DNA from: an uncultured Gemmatimonadales bacterium
GTDB lineage: Bacteria; Gemmatimonadota; Gemmatimonadetes; Gemmatimonadales; Gemmatimonadaceae
DNA length: 64,000 bases
Reading direction: 5' to 3'
Assembly: GCA_963851265.1 (NCBI GenBank)
Contig: CAWKNZ010000001.1
Location: 160,001 to 224,000, forward strand
Both the position numbers and the translations under genes were made by a program. Below the pieces are notes generated by a model. That model was not told the origin of the DNA. It worked only from the letters and a program-made list of their open reading frames with translations, and did no database searches. This document shows positions 45,952-56,106 of the stretch, piece after piece (the stretch's first letter is position 1; the number at the start of each line of letters is the position of its first letter).

Positions 45952-46893
45952 ATGACGGGGTTCTCTGGCGGGGCCCTGGGCAGCTTCCTCGAAGCCACCG
46001 TGCGCACCGCGACGCCGCTCGCCTTCGCCGCGCTCGGCGAGACGCTCGTGGAGCGGGCGGGCGTCATCAACATCGGGCTCGAAGGAATCATCGTCGCGGG
46101 CGCGTTCGGCGCCCTCGTCGGCGCGGGGTTCGCGGGCGGCGCCGCGGGCACGACGCTCGGTTTCGCCGCGGGCGCGCTCGCCGGCCTCGCCACGGCCGCG
46201 CTGTTCGCCGTCTTCGCCGTGTGGCTGCGCACCGACCAGATCATCACCGGCACGGCGGTCACCCTCGCCGCGCTCGGCATCACGGGCACGCTCTATCGCG
46301 TCGCGTACGGCGACGCCGGCGCGGCGCTCACCACACCGACGTCGGGTCCGCTCGCACTGCCCGGACTCGTGGCGGTGCCGTTGATCGGACGCGCGCTGTT
46401 CGCCCAACCACCGGTCACCTACGCCCTCTACCTGCTGGCCCCGGCGCTCGGTTGGGGGCTGCGCCGTACGCACGCCGGACTCGCCCTGCGCGCCGTGGGC
46501 GAGCGTCCGGATGCGGCAGCGGCAGCGGGCATCAACCCGCGCCTCGTGCAGGGCGCCGCGGTGCTCGCCGGCGGCGTGCTCGGCGGCATCGCCGGCGCGA
46601 CGCTCGTCGTCGCCCAGGCCGGCACCTTCGTCGAGGGGATGAGCGCCGGGCGCGGGTTCATCGCGATCGCGGTGGTCGTGCTCGGCAGGTGGCAACCGAT
46701 GGGAGTGGCCGGCGCGGCGCTGCTCTTCGGCGCGTCGGGCGCCTTGCAGTACCTCTTTCAGGCGATGGGGTGGGCCCTGCCCTATCAGCTCTTTCTCGCG
46801 GTACCCTACGTGCTCACCCTGCTGGTCCTGGCCGGAGTCGCCGGTCGCGCCGCCGCGCCGGCCGCGATGGGGCGGCGGACGCTCTCGGAATGA
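45952..46893 (+). CDS. ABC transporter permease (nucleoside type)
   Basis: ATPL, ERAGVINIGLEG, LRAVGE, GRGFIAIA, PYVLT. Confidence 0.92.
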   Translation: MTGFSGGALGSFLEATVRTATPLAFAALGETLVERAGVINIGLEGIIVAGAFGALVGAGFAGGAAGTTLGFAAGALAGLATAALFAVFAVWLRTDQIITGTAVTLAALGITGTLYRVAYGDAGAALTTPTSGPLALPGLVAVPLIGRALFAQPPVTYALYLLAPALGWGLRRTHAGLALRAVGERPDAAAAAGINPRLVQGAAVLAGGVLGGIAGATLVVAQAGTFVEGMSAGRGFIAIAVVVLGRWQPMGVAGAALLFGASGALQYLFQAMGWALPYQLFLAVPYVLTLLVLAGVAGRAAAPAAMGRRTLSE

Positions 46894-47013
46894 GTGAGAG
46901 TGATGGAGACGAAAACGTGACGCCCACGGAGTGAACCCGGACTGTACAGTTCGGTACTGTCACCGCGCCGGCCGGTTCCGAACCGTAGGATCAACAGCGA
47001 GCACTGCCGCCGC

Positions 47014-47337
47014 ATGACTCCCCCACCCTTCGTCGCCGTCGCAGACGGCGGCGTGATTCGCGTCCAGACCGGCGACGAGTCCGCAGGACCGTCGCTCGTC
47101 GCGCTGGGTTTCCTTTCGGGCGCGTCGGACGGCGAGTACCTCTACGACGTCCACGACCAGGCCGAGGAGGCGCAGCTGTTCTCGGCGCTCCGCGACGCGG
47201 GTGTGTACTTCGCGCGCGGTGGCGAGTGGAGTCCCGCCGAGGTGTTCGAGCGCATGCGCGCTCGCGGGCTCGTGGTGGGACCGTTCCGAAGCATCACCTG
47301 GCGCGGGCCCGACGACTGGATCGCGCGCGAGGAGTAG
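47014..47337 (+). CDS. Hypothetical protein
   Basis: 107-aa globular-looking ORF in an otherwise empty gap. Confidence 0.55.
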   Translation: MTPPPFVAVADGGVIRVQTGDESAGPSLVALGFLSGASDGEYLYDVHDQAEEAQLFSALRDAGVYFARGGEWSPAEVFERMRARGLVVGPFRSITWRGPDDWIAREE

Positions 47338-47429
47338 AGCGGTCGGCACGTTCGGAAACTCCGGGGTACTCGTGTAGAGTTCGCCCCGCACGTTCGCCGC
47401 TCACTTCCCGTCTCCCGCCTTCCCCGCCC

Positions 47430-48020
47430 ATGCGCGCTGCCCTGCTCGCCGCCAGCACCCTGCTCGTGACCGCGACCGCGGCCCGCGCCCAGAATACGTC
47501 CCCGGCCGGCGCCGCCGGCGGCGCGACGGCTACTGCGTCGGCCCCCGACGTCGGGCAGGTCGCCCCGGACTTCACGCTCGCCTCGGTCGACCCCAGGAGC
47601 GGTAGTGCGTCGCCGTTCACGCTCTCGTCGATGCGCGGCAAGGTCGTCGTGCTGGCCTTCTACCCCAAGGACCGCACCGGCGGCTGCACGGCGGAGCTCG
47701 ACAAGTTCCGCGACGAGTACACGTCGATCTTCGGCAGCAAGGTCGGCACGGACGTGATCGTCGTGCCCATCTCGGCCGACAACGTCACCTCGCACGCGGC
47801 CTGGGCCAAGGAGTCGGACTTCCCCTTCGCCCTCGTGTCCGACACCGCGCTCACGGCGGTGAGTGCGTACGGGTCGCGCATGGGTGCCATGCCGATGTCG
47901 CAGCGCACGGTGTTCGTGGTCGGCAAGGACGGGACGATCAAGTACCGCGACCTCAAGTTCAACGCCCTCGACGAGGGCGAGTACGCGAAGCTCAAGGACG
48001 CGGTCGCGAAAGCCCGGTGA
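47430..48020 (+). CDS. Exported peroxiredoxin (BCP/PrxQ-like, 1-Cys)
   Basis: Signal peptide ending ARA-Q; APDFTL, FYPKDRTGGCTAE, ISAD, RTVFVVGKDG. Confidence 0.88.
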   Translation: MRAALLAASTLLVTATAARAQNTSPAGAAGGATATASAPDVGQVAPDFTLASVDPRSGSASPFTLSSMRGKVVVLAFYPKDRTGGCTAELDKFRDEYTSIFGSKVGTDVIVVPISADNVTSHAAWAKESDFPFALVSDTALTAVSAYGSRMGAMPMSQRTVFVVGKDGTIKYRDLKFNALDEGEYAKLKDAVAKAR

Positions 48021-48077
48021 CCGGTCGGATGACGCCGGCCGGCCGCGTCGTGCGTGTCCCGGACTGGGGCCGCCACA

Positions 48078-50615
48078 TCACAGCGGCTGGTTGAACGTCA
48101 GCACGCCGCGGTAGCCGCGCGGGCGGTCGGCATGGCTGTCGACCGCCCGCGCGACGCCGCCGAAGATCGCGCCGCCAAACAGCGTCACCCCCGCGCTGAC
48201 GCTCGCCCGCACGCCGTCGGTCGGGCGCGAGGCGAACACCGGAAGCCCGAGCGTGGCCACGGTGTCGTTGCGGAAGCCGAGCCGGGCGATGCTGCGGCGC
48301 GCGGCGTCGTTGGAGGCCTCCGCGTACCCGAGCTGGAGCGTGGCGGCCAGCCCCGGGGCGACGGCGGGGAGGATGAATCGGCGCACGCGGATGGGCGTGC
48401 GGAAGAACGGGCCGGTGAGGAGCAGCGCCGATCGGGCCGACCCCGCCCGGTCGCCCGCGAACTCCTTGTAACCGTAGCCGAGTAGCCCCTGCGCGCGGCC
48501 GAGCTCGAAGAGTTGTTGCGGCGGCGGTCCGCGGTCGGCGGGCGCGACCACCACGCCTGCGTCCACGCGCCCGACGAGCGCCAGCGTGCTCCCGGCGATC
48601 GGAATGCCGAGGAATCGCCCGGCCGTGCCGTCGATGAGGTCGCGGCGGCCAGTGATGCGCCCTTCGACGCGCGTGTAGCGCAGTTGGCCCTCGCCGTTCT
48701 CGGCGTAGAGGCGGGCGCCGATTCCGGGGCGGACGAATTCGGCGGCGACGTCCGGATGCCACTCGAGCGTGGCCGTGGTGCGGACGTAGTGGCCCTCGTC
48801 GACACCACGGTTGGGGCGGTAGACGACGCGTCGGGTGAACAATGGGTGAACGAACCGGCTGCTGTCGCCGCGGTCGTCGGCCAGGCCCACGTCGGCGCGG
48901 AACACGAACGCGCGGGCCCCCGCCACGTGTCCGACGCCGATGGTCGCGAAGCGCCGGTCGACGTAGTCGTACTCGTCCGCGCCGAGGATCGCGCCGAGTG
49001 ACGAGCCCGAGTCGAACGGGGCGCGGAAATCGTTGGTGATGTCGAGAGTGCGGCCGGCGCGGGCGAGGAGCGACCAGGATGCGCCGTTCGGTGCGGCGCC
49101 GAGGGCATCGGGCGCCGCCTCCTCGGGCGCGCGACGGGATGCGGCGCCGAGCTTCTGCTCGACCTCGACGCGGCCGCGAACCGTGCGCTCGGTGAACGCA
49201 TACCCGGCCGTCCCGGCGACGGTGAGTCCCGGCGCCGCGTCGCGAAATCGAACGCGCTCGCCGAGGCCGAGGTACAGTCCTTCGACGCGGTTGAAGCGGA
49301 CGAGGTCCGAGATGCGTGGGTAGAACGGGGCGGCCGTCGGCGGCCCGTGGATCTGCCCGATGATCGGGGTGAGGTCGTCGAAGTCGTTGGCGTGCGCGTC
49401 GCCCGACGCCGTGCCGATCGGGGCGTGCCATCCTTGGTAGCGGCCGAGCGAGTCGCCACGGGCGAGCGTGAGGCGTCGCTGGGCCAGGGGGCCGAGCGAA
49501 TCGGCGTTGGCCGCGAGTTCGGCCGGGGTGAGGGTCGTGTCGTTGATGGCGACGTCGCGGAAGCGCGAGACGATGCGTGCGACCGCGCGCACGTCGCCGA
49601 GCACCGGCGCGGTCGCCTGCAGCTCGATGCGCTGCGTGGCCGGCAGCCAGTAACGCGCGCCGTTGGGCGCCAGGCGTTCCGCGTTCACGTACTCGACGAA
49701 CGCGTAGCCGCGCGGCGCGACCGCGTTCCGCAGGCGGGCGAGCAGCGAGCGGTCGGGGCGCGCCGCGACGAGAAAGCGCCCGCGCAGGCGGACCACCGCG
49801 TGCTGCACCGCGTCGAGGTCGATGTCGCCCCTGAAGATCCCCGTGCGCGTGCTCGATACGCCGCGCGGCTCGACGTGCACGCGCACGATCGGAACGCTGC
49901 GCACGCCGGCGCCGCCGGTCGGCGCGCGGAGTGTGACGATCGTGTCGCCGCCGGTGAAGCGGTAGTACGCGTCGCGATCGTCCGCGAGCGGGTGGATGAC
50001 CGGGATCGTGTCGGCTGCCGCCTCGCGCCCGCCGATTCGCGCCTCGATCTTGTCGACCGTGCCTGCCTTGCCGTTCGCGGGCGCGCGGCGGGCCTCGTCC
50101 CGGCGCAGGCGCAGCCGGTTGCCGTAGAGCAGCGGCGTCGCCCACCCCGTGCGGGCCACCGAGAGCAGGGAGAACGACAGCCCCGACTGGCGTGCCCGAT
50201 CGCCGATCACGTGCTGGTCGTAGTAGCCGGCGCGCGTCCAGCGCAGCACCGACGCGACCTGCTCGACGCCGAACAGCGCCTCCTGCCCGTCCTCGCGAAG
50301 GGCGGAGATGGCGATCTCGCTCTCGACCGCGGCGCGGTAGCTGGCGAGCGAGTCGGGCACTCGGTTTCCGTGCGCCGCGTCGGCGACGAGGGTGCGGAGG
50401 GCGGGCGTCGCGTACGTGGCGGTGTCGGCGCGCGCAGCCGGGCGTACTACAGCCGGGCGTACTACCGCCGGGCGTACCACCGCCGGGCGTGCCGGCGCGC
50501 CGGTGCGCGACGGGTCGGCGTGCTGCGCGCTGAGGGCGGCCGGCAGCAGCATCGCGCACGCGCGCACGGCGGAGAGTGCCGGGGCGGGCGCGGAGTCGAG
50601 CGCGGAGCGGCGCAC
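48078..50615 (-). CDS. Hypothetical exported protein with probable C-terminal outer-membrane beta-barrel
   Basis: Signal-like N-terminus; RFNRVEGLYLG; alternating aromatic/hydrophobic strands; GYGYKEFAGDR. Confidence 0.65.
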   Translation of the reverse strand: MRRSALDSAPAPALSAVRACAMLLPAALSAQHADPSRTGAPARPAVVRPAVVRPAVVRPAARADTATYATPALRTLVADAAHGNRVPDSLASYRAAVESEIAISALREDGQEALFGVEQVASVLRWTRAGYYDQHVIGDRARQSGLSFSLLSVARTGWATPLLYGNRLRLRRDEARRAPANGKAGTVDKIEARIGGREAAADTIPVIHPLADDRDAYYRFTGGDTIVTLRAPTGGAGVRSVPIVRVHVEPRGVSSTRTGIFRGDIDLDAVQHAVVRLRGRFLVAARPDRSLLARLRNAVAPRGYAFVEYVNAERLAPNGARYWLPATQRIELQATAPVLGDVRAVARIVSRFRDVAINDTTLTPAELAANADSLGPLAQRRLTLARGDSLGRYQGWHAPIGTASGDAHANDFDDLTPIIGQIHGPPTAAPFYPRISDLVRFNRVEGLYLGLGERVRFRDAAPGLTVAGTAGYAFTERTVRGRVEVEQKLGAASRRAPEEAAPDALGAAPNGASWSLLARAGRTLDITNDFRAPFDSGSSLGAILGADEYDYVDRRFATIGVGHVAGARAFVFRADVGLADDRGDSSRFVHPLFTRRVVYRPNRGVDEGHYVRTTATLEWHPDVAAEFVRPGIGARLYAENGEGQLRYTRVEGRITGRRDLIDGTAGRFLGIPIAGSTLALVGRVDAGVVVAPADRGPPPQQLFELGRAQGLLGYGYKEFAGDRAGSARSALLLTGPFFRTPIRVRRFILPAVAPGLAATLQLGYAEASNDAARRSIARLGFRNDTVATLGLPVFASRPTDGVRASVSAGVTLFGGAIFGGVARAVDSHADRPRGYRGVLTFNQPL
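50437..50490 (-). repeat. 15-bp tandem repeat (RPAVV x3)
   Basis: GCCGGGCGTACTACA / GCCGGGCGTACTACC / GCCGGGCGTACCACC / GCCGGGCGT. Confidence 0.8.
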
Positions 50616-50729
50616 GGAGGAGAGGACGGGAAAGTGGCGCGGAGCGACGGATGCCGGGAGCTAAAGCAGAGCTCGCGCCGGTGGGGGTACGCTGGCACGT
50701 CGCACCGAGGCCCGCGTCGCGATCTCCCG

Positions 50730-50758
50730 TTGCCCTGCTTCCATTCGCGCAATAGGTT
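50730..50758 (+). promoter_or_regulatory. Putative leaderless promoter of the Ser/Thr kinase
   Basis: TTGCCC, 17 nt, TAGGTT, 7 nt, ATG; no SD. Confidence 0.55.
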
Positions 50759-50765
50759 CGCCCCC

Positions 50766-51731
50766 ATGTCCCGAGAGTCCCTGGTGGGCGAGACGCTCGC
50801 CGGCTATGCGGTGCGCGGTGTGGTCGGCGAGGGCGGGACGTCCGCCGTCTACCGCGCGGACCACCCGACGCACGGCACCGTCGCGCTGAAGGTTCTCCGC
50901 GACAAACTGCGGGACGACGACACCGCGGTGTCGCGCTTCATGCGCGAGGCACGATACGGCAGCCAGGTGGAGCACCCCAACGTGGTGCGCACCATCGAGC
51001 TCGGCGAGGCGCCGCTGACGCCGGGCGGGTCGGTGCTTCACTTCCTGGCCATCGAGTGGGCCGGCGGCGAACTGTTGGAGAAGTACGCCAAACGTCACTG
51101 CCCCGTCCCCGCGGGCGACGTCGCGGAGATCATCGGGCAGATCGGCGACGCCGTACAGGCCGCGCACGACGCCGGCATCGTGCACCGCGACCTGAAGCCG
51201 GACAACGTGATGTGGGATCCGGTCACGCGGCAGGTCAAGCTGCTCGACTTCGGCATCGCGGCCCAAGCGGATCAGACCGCCGATCAGCGTCTGACGCGCG
51301 CGGGCTTCTTCGTGGGGACGCTGATGTACGTCGCCCCCGAAGCGCTCTCGGGCGAGATGGTCAGCCCGGCGGCCGACCAGTACTCGCTTGCCACGATCGC
51401 GTACTTCCTGCTCTCGGGCTGCCACCCGTACACCGGGAAGTCGCCGCGCGAGATGTTCACGCAGCTCCTCTCGCAGCCCCCTCAGTCGCTCAACGCGGCA
51501 AAGGACGGACTGGTCTTCCCGTCTGCGGTCGAGGCCGTCGTCATGAAGGGGCTCGCCAAGAAGCCCGAGGACCGCTACCCCGACGTCCGCGCGTTCGCCA
51601 CGGCGCTGCGCGAGGCGCTCGCCACGCCGATGCCGACGCCGCGCATGGGTACCAAGGCGGCGCCGGGCATGCCGGCGGACGACGGGGTGGGGCTGCTCGG
51701 GAAGTTGCGCGGGATGTTCAAGCGCGGGTAA
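50766..51731 (+). CDS. Hanks-type Ser/Thr protein kinase (cytoplasmic)
   Basis: GEGG, VALK, HRDLKPDN, DFG, GTLMYVAPE. Confidence 0.95.
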   Translation: MSRESLVGETLAGYAVRGVVGEGGTSAVYRADHPTHGTVALKVLRDKLRDDDTAVSRFMREARYGSQVEHPNVVRTIELGEAPLTPGGSVLHFLAIEWAGGELLEKYAKRHCPVPAGDVAEIIGQIGDAVQAAHDAGIVHRDLKPDNVMWDPVTRQVKLLDFGIAAQADQTADQRLTRAGFFVGTLMYVAPEALSGEMVSPAADQYSLATIAYFLLSGCHPYTGKSPREMFTQLLSQPPQSLNAAKDGLVFPSAVEAVVMKGLAKKPEDRYPDVRAFATALREALATPMPTPRMGTKAAPGMPADDGVGLLGKLRGMFKRG

Positions 51732-51753
51732 CCCTCCCGGACGCCGCGCTCCG

Positions 51754-52326
51754 TCACGACGGGCGCGGCAGCTTCTGGATGACGTCGCTCACCGCGCGCG
51801 CCAGCTGCGCGGTATACCGGGTCTGGTCGTCCGACACCTCGGTGCGCCCCGTCCCGCGCCACACCAGCCGGCTGGTCCGGCGGTCGATCACGTCGATCAC
51901 CACCGTGCCCTGATTCACCTCGCGCACCTCCTGCCGATCGCGTGCGCCGTACCACCACGGCCGGTACGGATAGCCGTAGTCCACCGTCGAGACGTCGAGC
52001 GCCTTCTTGGCCGCGGCGTAGTACGCCACCGAGAAGTCGGCCTGGTCGCCGCCCGGCGCGTACCCGCGCGCGACCAGCGCCTCACGCAGATCGTCGCGGA
52101 GCGCGCGGTTGGTGATCGAATTGTCGACCATCGGGTCGTCCGAAGCCGCCGGATTCACGTCGTGCGGCCGCGGGGTGAGAATGTTGAACGTGCGATAGTT
52201 GCCGAACTGCGCCTCGGGCGCGACCGTCGTATTGACGTGTACGGCCGGGGCCGCAGTCGCGCAGCCGGTCCCGATCGCCGCAAGGGCGGCCGCGACCACG
52301 AGTGCGCGAAGACGGGTCTGTGACAT
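51754..52326 (-). CDS. DUF4136-like lipoprotein
   Basis: Lipobox-like GTGC; YRTF, ADFSVAY, GTVVIDVID...LVWRG. Confidence 0.85.
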   Translation of the reverse strand: MSQTRLRALVVAAALAAIGTGCATAAPAVHVNTTVAPEAQFGNYRTFNILTPRPHDVNPAASDDPMVDNSITNRALRDDLREALVARGYAPGGDQADFSVAYYAAAKKALDVSTVDYGYPYRPWWYGARDRQEVREVNQGTVVIDVIDRRTSRLVWRGTGRTEVSDDQTRYTAQLARAVSDVIQKLPRPS

Positions 52327-52495
52327 GAAATCGTTCGATGAAGTTGAGGCTCGAAACGCGGCGCGGTCCGCGCGCCGCCCATGATCATGTAGTACCCGCG
52401 AACCGCCCGTGCGCCTCACTGGAAGCGCGCGATGGACGGGCACACAAATGGTTATTGACAGGCGCGCGTTCCGGCCGCGGCACGTCGCGCGCGGC

Positions 52496-53782
52496 TCAGA
52501 GCGTGGTCCCGGCCTCGTAGTCGCTCCGCCGCCGGCCGCCGGCCCGCGGTTCGCTCGCGTGCCGCTCGCCTGCCAGTGGCGGGCGCGCACCATGCTCCGT
52601 TTCGCCGGTGTCGAACCCGGCCGAAACGTCGACCGGATCGACCGGTAACCAGAGCGTGAACGTCGAACCGCGGCCGGGATCGCTCTCAAGCGTGAGGTCG
52701 CCGCCAAGCAGCTGGGCGAGGCGGCGCGAGATGGCCAGGCCGAGCCCCGTGCCGCGGTCCGCGCCGTCGCCGGTGCGGGGGCCAAGCTGCTCGAACTCGT
52801 CGAAGATGCGCGCCTGATCGGCCGGGCGGATGCCCACGCCCGTGTCGACGACCTGCAGCGCGATCCACGGCACCGCCGCCATGTCTGCCACCGGCGTGTC
52901 GACCGGCGCCGCACGTCGACCGGGCAGCAGCCGCCGCACACCGGCGCGCACCGTCGCCTGGGGCGGCGGCTGCCTGGTCGCGAACGGCGGCACGCCGCCG
53001 GCCGCCTCGACGAGTGAGGCGCGCACGCCGACCCGCCCGCCGGTCGGCGTGAACTTGACCGCGTTGCCGAGCAGGTTGATGAGCACCTGACGTACGTGGA
53101 GCGGGTCGCTCCGCAGGCGCGGCAGCGCGTTCGGCACCCCGATCGAGAGCGCGAGCCCTTTCTCCTGCACCAGCGGCTCGATCTCCTCCGCGATCTCGAG
53201 GACGAACGGGCGCAGCGCCACCGACTCGGTGTGCACTTCCAGGCGGCCGGCGGCGATCTTCGCGAGGTCGAGGATCTGATCGACGATGTGACGCAGGTGC
53301 GTGGCCGCGGTGGCGATGCGCCGCACCGGGCCCACCTGCGGTGCGGTGAGCTCGCCGTACACGCCGTCCTGCATCAACTCCGCGAAGCCGACCACGGCGT
53401 TGAGCGGGGTCCGCAGCTCGTGCGACACGTTCGCGAGGAACTCGCTCTTCGCGCGGTTGGCACGCATCAGCTCCGCGGACAGCCGCTCGAGCTCCGTCGC
53501 GCGCGCGGCGGCGCGGCGGCGCATCCGCTCGCCGTGTACGAGCCCGACCGCGAGCGCGCCCGACGCGGCCGCGCCCAACAGCCAGCTCGCCGTCCGGTAG
53601 TGCAGCACCGCGTCGGCGTCGGCGGCGGGCAGCGCGGCGGCGGCCGCCGTCAGCCCGCGGCTCGCGATCCAGAGCGCCGCGCCCACGGCCACGCACGACG
53701 CCACCAGCGCCAGCGCCGCCGCGCGTGCCGCGTCGGCGTACGACGCCGTTCCCGGACTCCCCGCCGGCCCCGCGCGTTCCAT
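52496..53782 (-). CDS. Membrane sensor histidine kinase
   Basis: Two TM segments; SHELRTPLNA, NLLGNAVKFT, DTGVGI, GTGLGLAI; start may lie up to 53947. Confidence 0.9.
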   Translation of the reverse strand: MERAGPAGSPGTASYADAARAAALALVASCVAVGAALWIASRGLTAAAAALPAADADAVLHYRTASWLLGAAASGALAVGLVHGERMRRRAAARATELERLSAELMRANRAKSEFLANVSHELRTPLNAVVGFAELMQDGVYGELTAPQVGPVRRIATAATHLRHIVDQILDLAKIAAGRLEVHTESVALRPFVLEIAEEIEPLVQEKGLALSIGVPNALPRLRSDPLHVRQVLINLLGNAVKFTPTGGRVGVRASLVEAAGGVPPFATRQPPPQATVRAGVRRLLPGRRAAPVDTPVADMAAVPWIALQVVDTGVGIRPADQARIFDEFEQLGPRTGDGADRGTGLGLAISRRLAQLLGGDLTLESDPGRGSTFTLWLPVDPVDVSAGFDTGETEHGARPPLAGERHASEPRAGGRRRSDYEAGTTL

Positions 53783-54040
53783 ACGCCCCGCGGCCGCGGC
53801 CGCGGGCGTGGTCAGCGTCGGCACGCCGTCCGGCGCACGGGCCAACCCGGACGAGGGTTCCGCGACGCCGTCGCGAGAGGAGGAGGCAGGCGTTAGCACC
53901 GATCGACGATCGAGATAACCGGAGAGGACGCCCGAAAACTGAACCACCGCGCGCCACGAGGAACGTTGTCAACGGTGACGGCCGCCCGTAAGCTCCCCAC
54001 CGCGTCAAGCTTTCGTCGCCCCGCCCCTGATCCCGGCTGC

Positions 54041-54649
54041 ATGTCAACGTTTCCCGCAGAGCCCGCCTCGGTCGCCCACGGGCGCGAGCAGCTCGCCGAC
54101 CTGCTCGCGGTGCGCTCGGCGCGACGCGGCACGTTCACCCTCGCCTCGGGTCGCACCTCCGACCTGTACATCGACGCACGTCTCACGACGATGAGCCCCG
54201 ACGGCCTCGCCCTCCTCGGCCCGCTCGCGCTCGACCTGCTCGCAGAGGCGGGGTGGAACGTCGACGCGGTCGGCGGCCTCACGCTCGGCGCCGACCCGAT
54301 CGCCTACGCGATCGCGTACGCGAGCACCGTCGGCCGCCCCGCCGATGCGTGGGTGCGCGCGTTCACCGTCCGCAAGCAGGCCAAGGCGCACGGCACCGGG
54401 CAGCGCATCGAAGGTCCGTTCCAGACGACCGACCGCGTGGCCATCGTCGAGGACGTGATCACGACCGGTGGGTCCGCGCTGCAGGCCGTGGAGGTGGTTC
54501 GCGCCGCGGGTGCGACCATCGTCGGCGTGCTCGCGGTCGTCGACCGCGAGGAGGGCGGGCGCGAGGCGATCGAGCGCGCGGCGGGCGTGCCCGTCCTCTC
54601 GCTCGTCAGCGCGCGTGACGTCGTCCGCCGCCTCGACTCGCCGCGCTGA
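54041..54649 (+). CDS. pyrE: Orotate phosphoribosyltransferase
   Basis: GTFTLASG, YID, VRKQAKAHG, VEDVITTGGS. Confidence 0.96.
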   Translation: MSTFPAEPASVAHGREQLADLLAVRSARRGTFTLASGRTSDLYIDARLTTMSPDGLALLGPLALDLLAEAGWNVDAVGGLTLGADPIAYAIAYASTVGRPADAWVRAFTVRKQAKAHGTGQRIEGPFQTTDRVAIVEDVITTGGSALQAVEVVRAAGATIVGVLAVVDREEGGREAIERAAGVPVLSLVSARDVVRRLDSPR

Positions 54650-54658
54650 GCACCCCGG

Positions 54659-56086
54659 TCAACTGGGTGACCCGGACGCTGCGCCGGAGCGCGACGCGTC
54701 GTGCGTGGCCGCCCCGTTCCCCGGCTCGGGCTCGGCCTCAGTGACCGGCAGGCGCAGGTACAGCGCGTCGGCATCGACGAGTGCCGCGGGCTCGACCTGC
54801 TCGGCAGGACCGGCCGCGTTCGCCCCGATGCTGCCGCCGTGGTCGGCCGCGAACGAGACGGCCAGCTCCAGGCCGTGCGCGTCCCAGCGCCCTGTGGGAG
54901 CGCCCGGCGCCCCCCCACGCACCTCGCCACGTTCGGCGCTTCGCCGCGACAGCGCCACGCGCATCACCGCGCTCGGCCGCCCGTCGGCCCGCTCGCTCGC
55001 GCCGCGCTCCGTGCCGCGGTCGGTGCAGTCGATCCGCACCGCGTCGCCCGGTCCCGCGTTCGCGAGCGCCGCCAGCAGCAGCGCGGTGAGCGTGAGCTCC
55101 AGCGCCCCGGGATCGACGTACGACGGCGGCTCGGCGGGCACGTTGCCCACGATCACGTCGCATTCGGCCAGCCGCGCGGCTTCCCGGACCTCACGGCGCG
55201 CCGCGACCGCCACGTCTCGAAGGGCGATGTCCTGTGGCGGGATGAGCAGCGCGGTTGCCGCGGCGTCGTCCAGTCCACTCGCGATGAGTCGGTCGAGCGA
55301 CCCCGCGTTCCGGGCTACCATCGACCGGATGCCCGGCCCGTGACGCATCTCCTCCGGCACGCTCTCGTCCTCCATCAGCGACAGCGCGCTGCGGATGGTA
55401 CCGAGCGGGTTGCGCAGGTCGTGGCGGAGCAGGCGGTAGCGCTCGCGCATGTTGCGGAGCATGGCGTGCACGAACCCCGACGCCGCGGCCTGCGTGTAAC
55501 GCCCCATCGCGCGCTGCAGCCGTCGCGCGGCCCCGAACGTCGCGGCCGGGGTCGCGACCACGTCGGCAGGCAGGGACTCGGCTTCACGCTCTAGGTCGGC
55601 GAGCACGATGGCGAGCAGCAGGTCGGCGTCGCGCACCACGTGATGAACCGAAAGCCCCGACGCGAACGCCCGCCCTCCGGCCTCCCACCCGAGCTGCATG
55701 ACCTCCGCCGAGAGTCGCGCGTCCGTGCGGACGGGGTCGAGTGGATCTGCCGCCGTGGCCGCCGCGTTCGCGGCATGGGTCCCGGTAGCCGTCCCGCTCG
55801 GTGCCGCGCTGGACGCGTAGTCGCCCGCGATCAGTGCGGCTGCCGCGGTCGACGCCGTGACCTCGGCGGCGAGGGCGCGCAGCACGCGTTCGGCGTGACC
55901 GCGGTCGGGCACCGCGCCCGACACCGGCATCGCGTCGGCAGCGAGCGCATCGGCGGGCGTTCGCTCACTCAGCAGTGGGTGACGCGGCGTCGCCGCCCGC
56001 GCTCGATCCTGCCAGTGACGCGCCAGATACGACGCACGTAGGGCCAGACTCGATGCAACGAACTGAGAGAGAGTACGATACTGCAC
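54659..56086 (-). CDS. Histidine-kinase-like protein with degenerate ATPase domain
   Basis: H-box RHDLRNPLGTI; N/G1/G2 boxes poorly conserved. Confidence 0.7.
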   Translation of the reverse strand: MQYRTLSQFVASSLALRASYLARHWQDRARAATPRHPLLSERTPADALAADAMPVSGAVPDRGHAERVLRALAAEVTASTAAAALIAGDYASSAAPSGTATGTHAANAAATAADPLDPVRTDARLSAEVMQLGWEAGGRAFASGLSVHHVVRDADLLLAIVLADLEREAESLPADVVATPAATFGAARRLQRAMGRYTQAAASGFVHAMLRNMRERYRLLRHDLRNPLGTIRSALSLMEDESVPEEMRHGPGIRSMVARNAGSLDRLIASGLDDAAATALLIPPQDIALRDVAVAARREVREAARLAECDVIVGNVPAEPPSYVDPGALELTLTALLLAALANAGPGDAVRIDCTDRGTERGASERADGRPSAVMRVALSRRSAERGEVRGGAPGAPTGRWDAHGLELAVSFAADHGGSIGANAAGPAEQVEPAALVDADALYLRLPVTEAEPEPGNGAATHDASRSGAASGSPS

Positions 56087-56106
56087 AGCGTGACGCTGGA
56101 AGCACG

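Noticed and set aside
49347..50765. Apparent large N-terminal domain on the Ser/Thr kinase
   Set aside because: Antisense to the 48078-50615 gene; a promoter-like motif sits directly before ATG 50766
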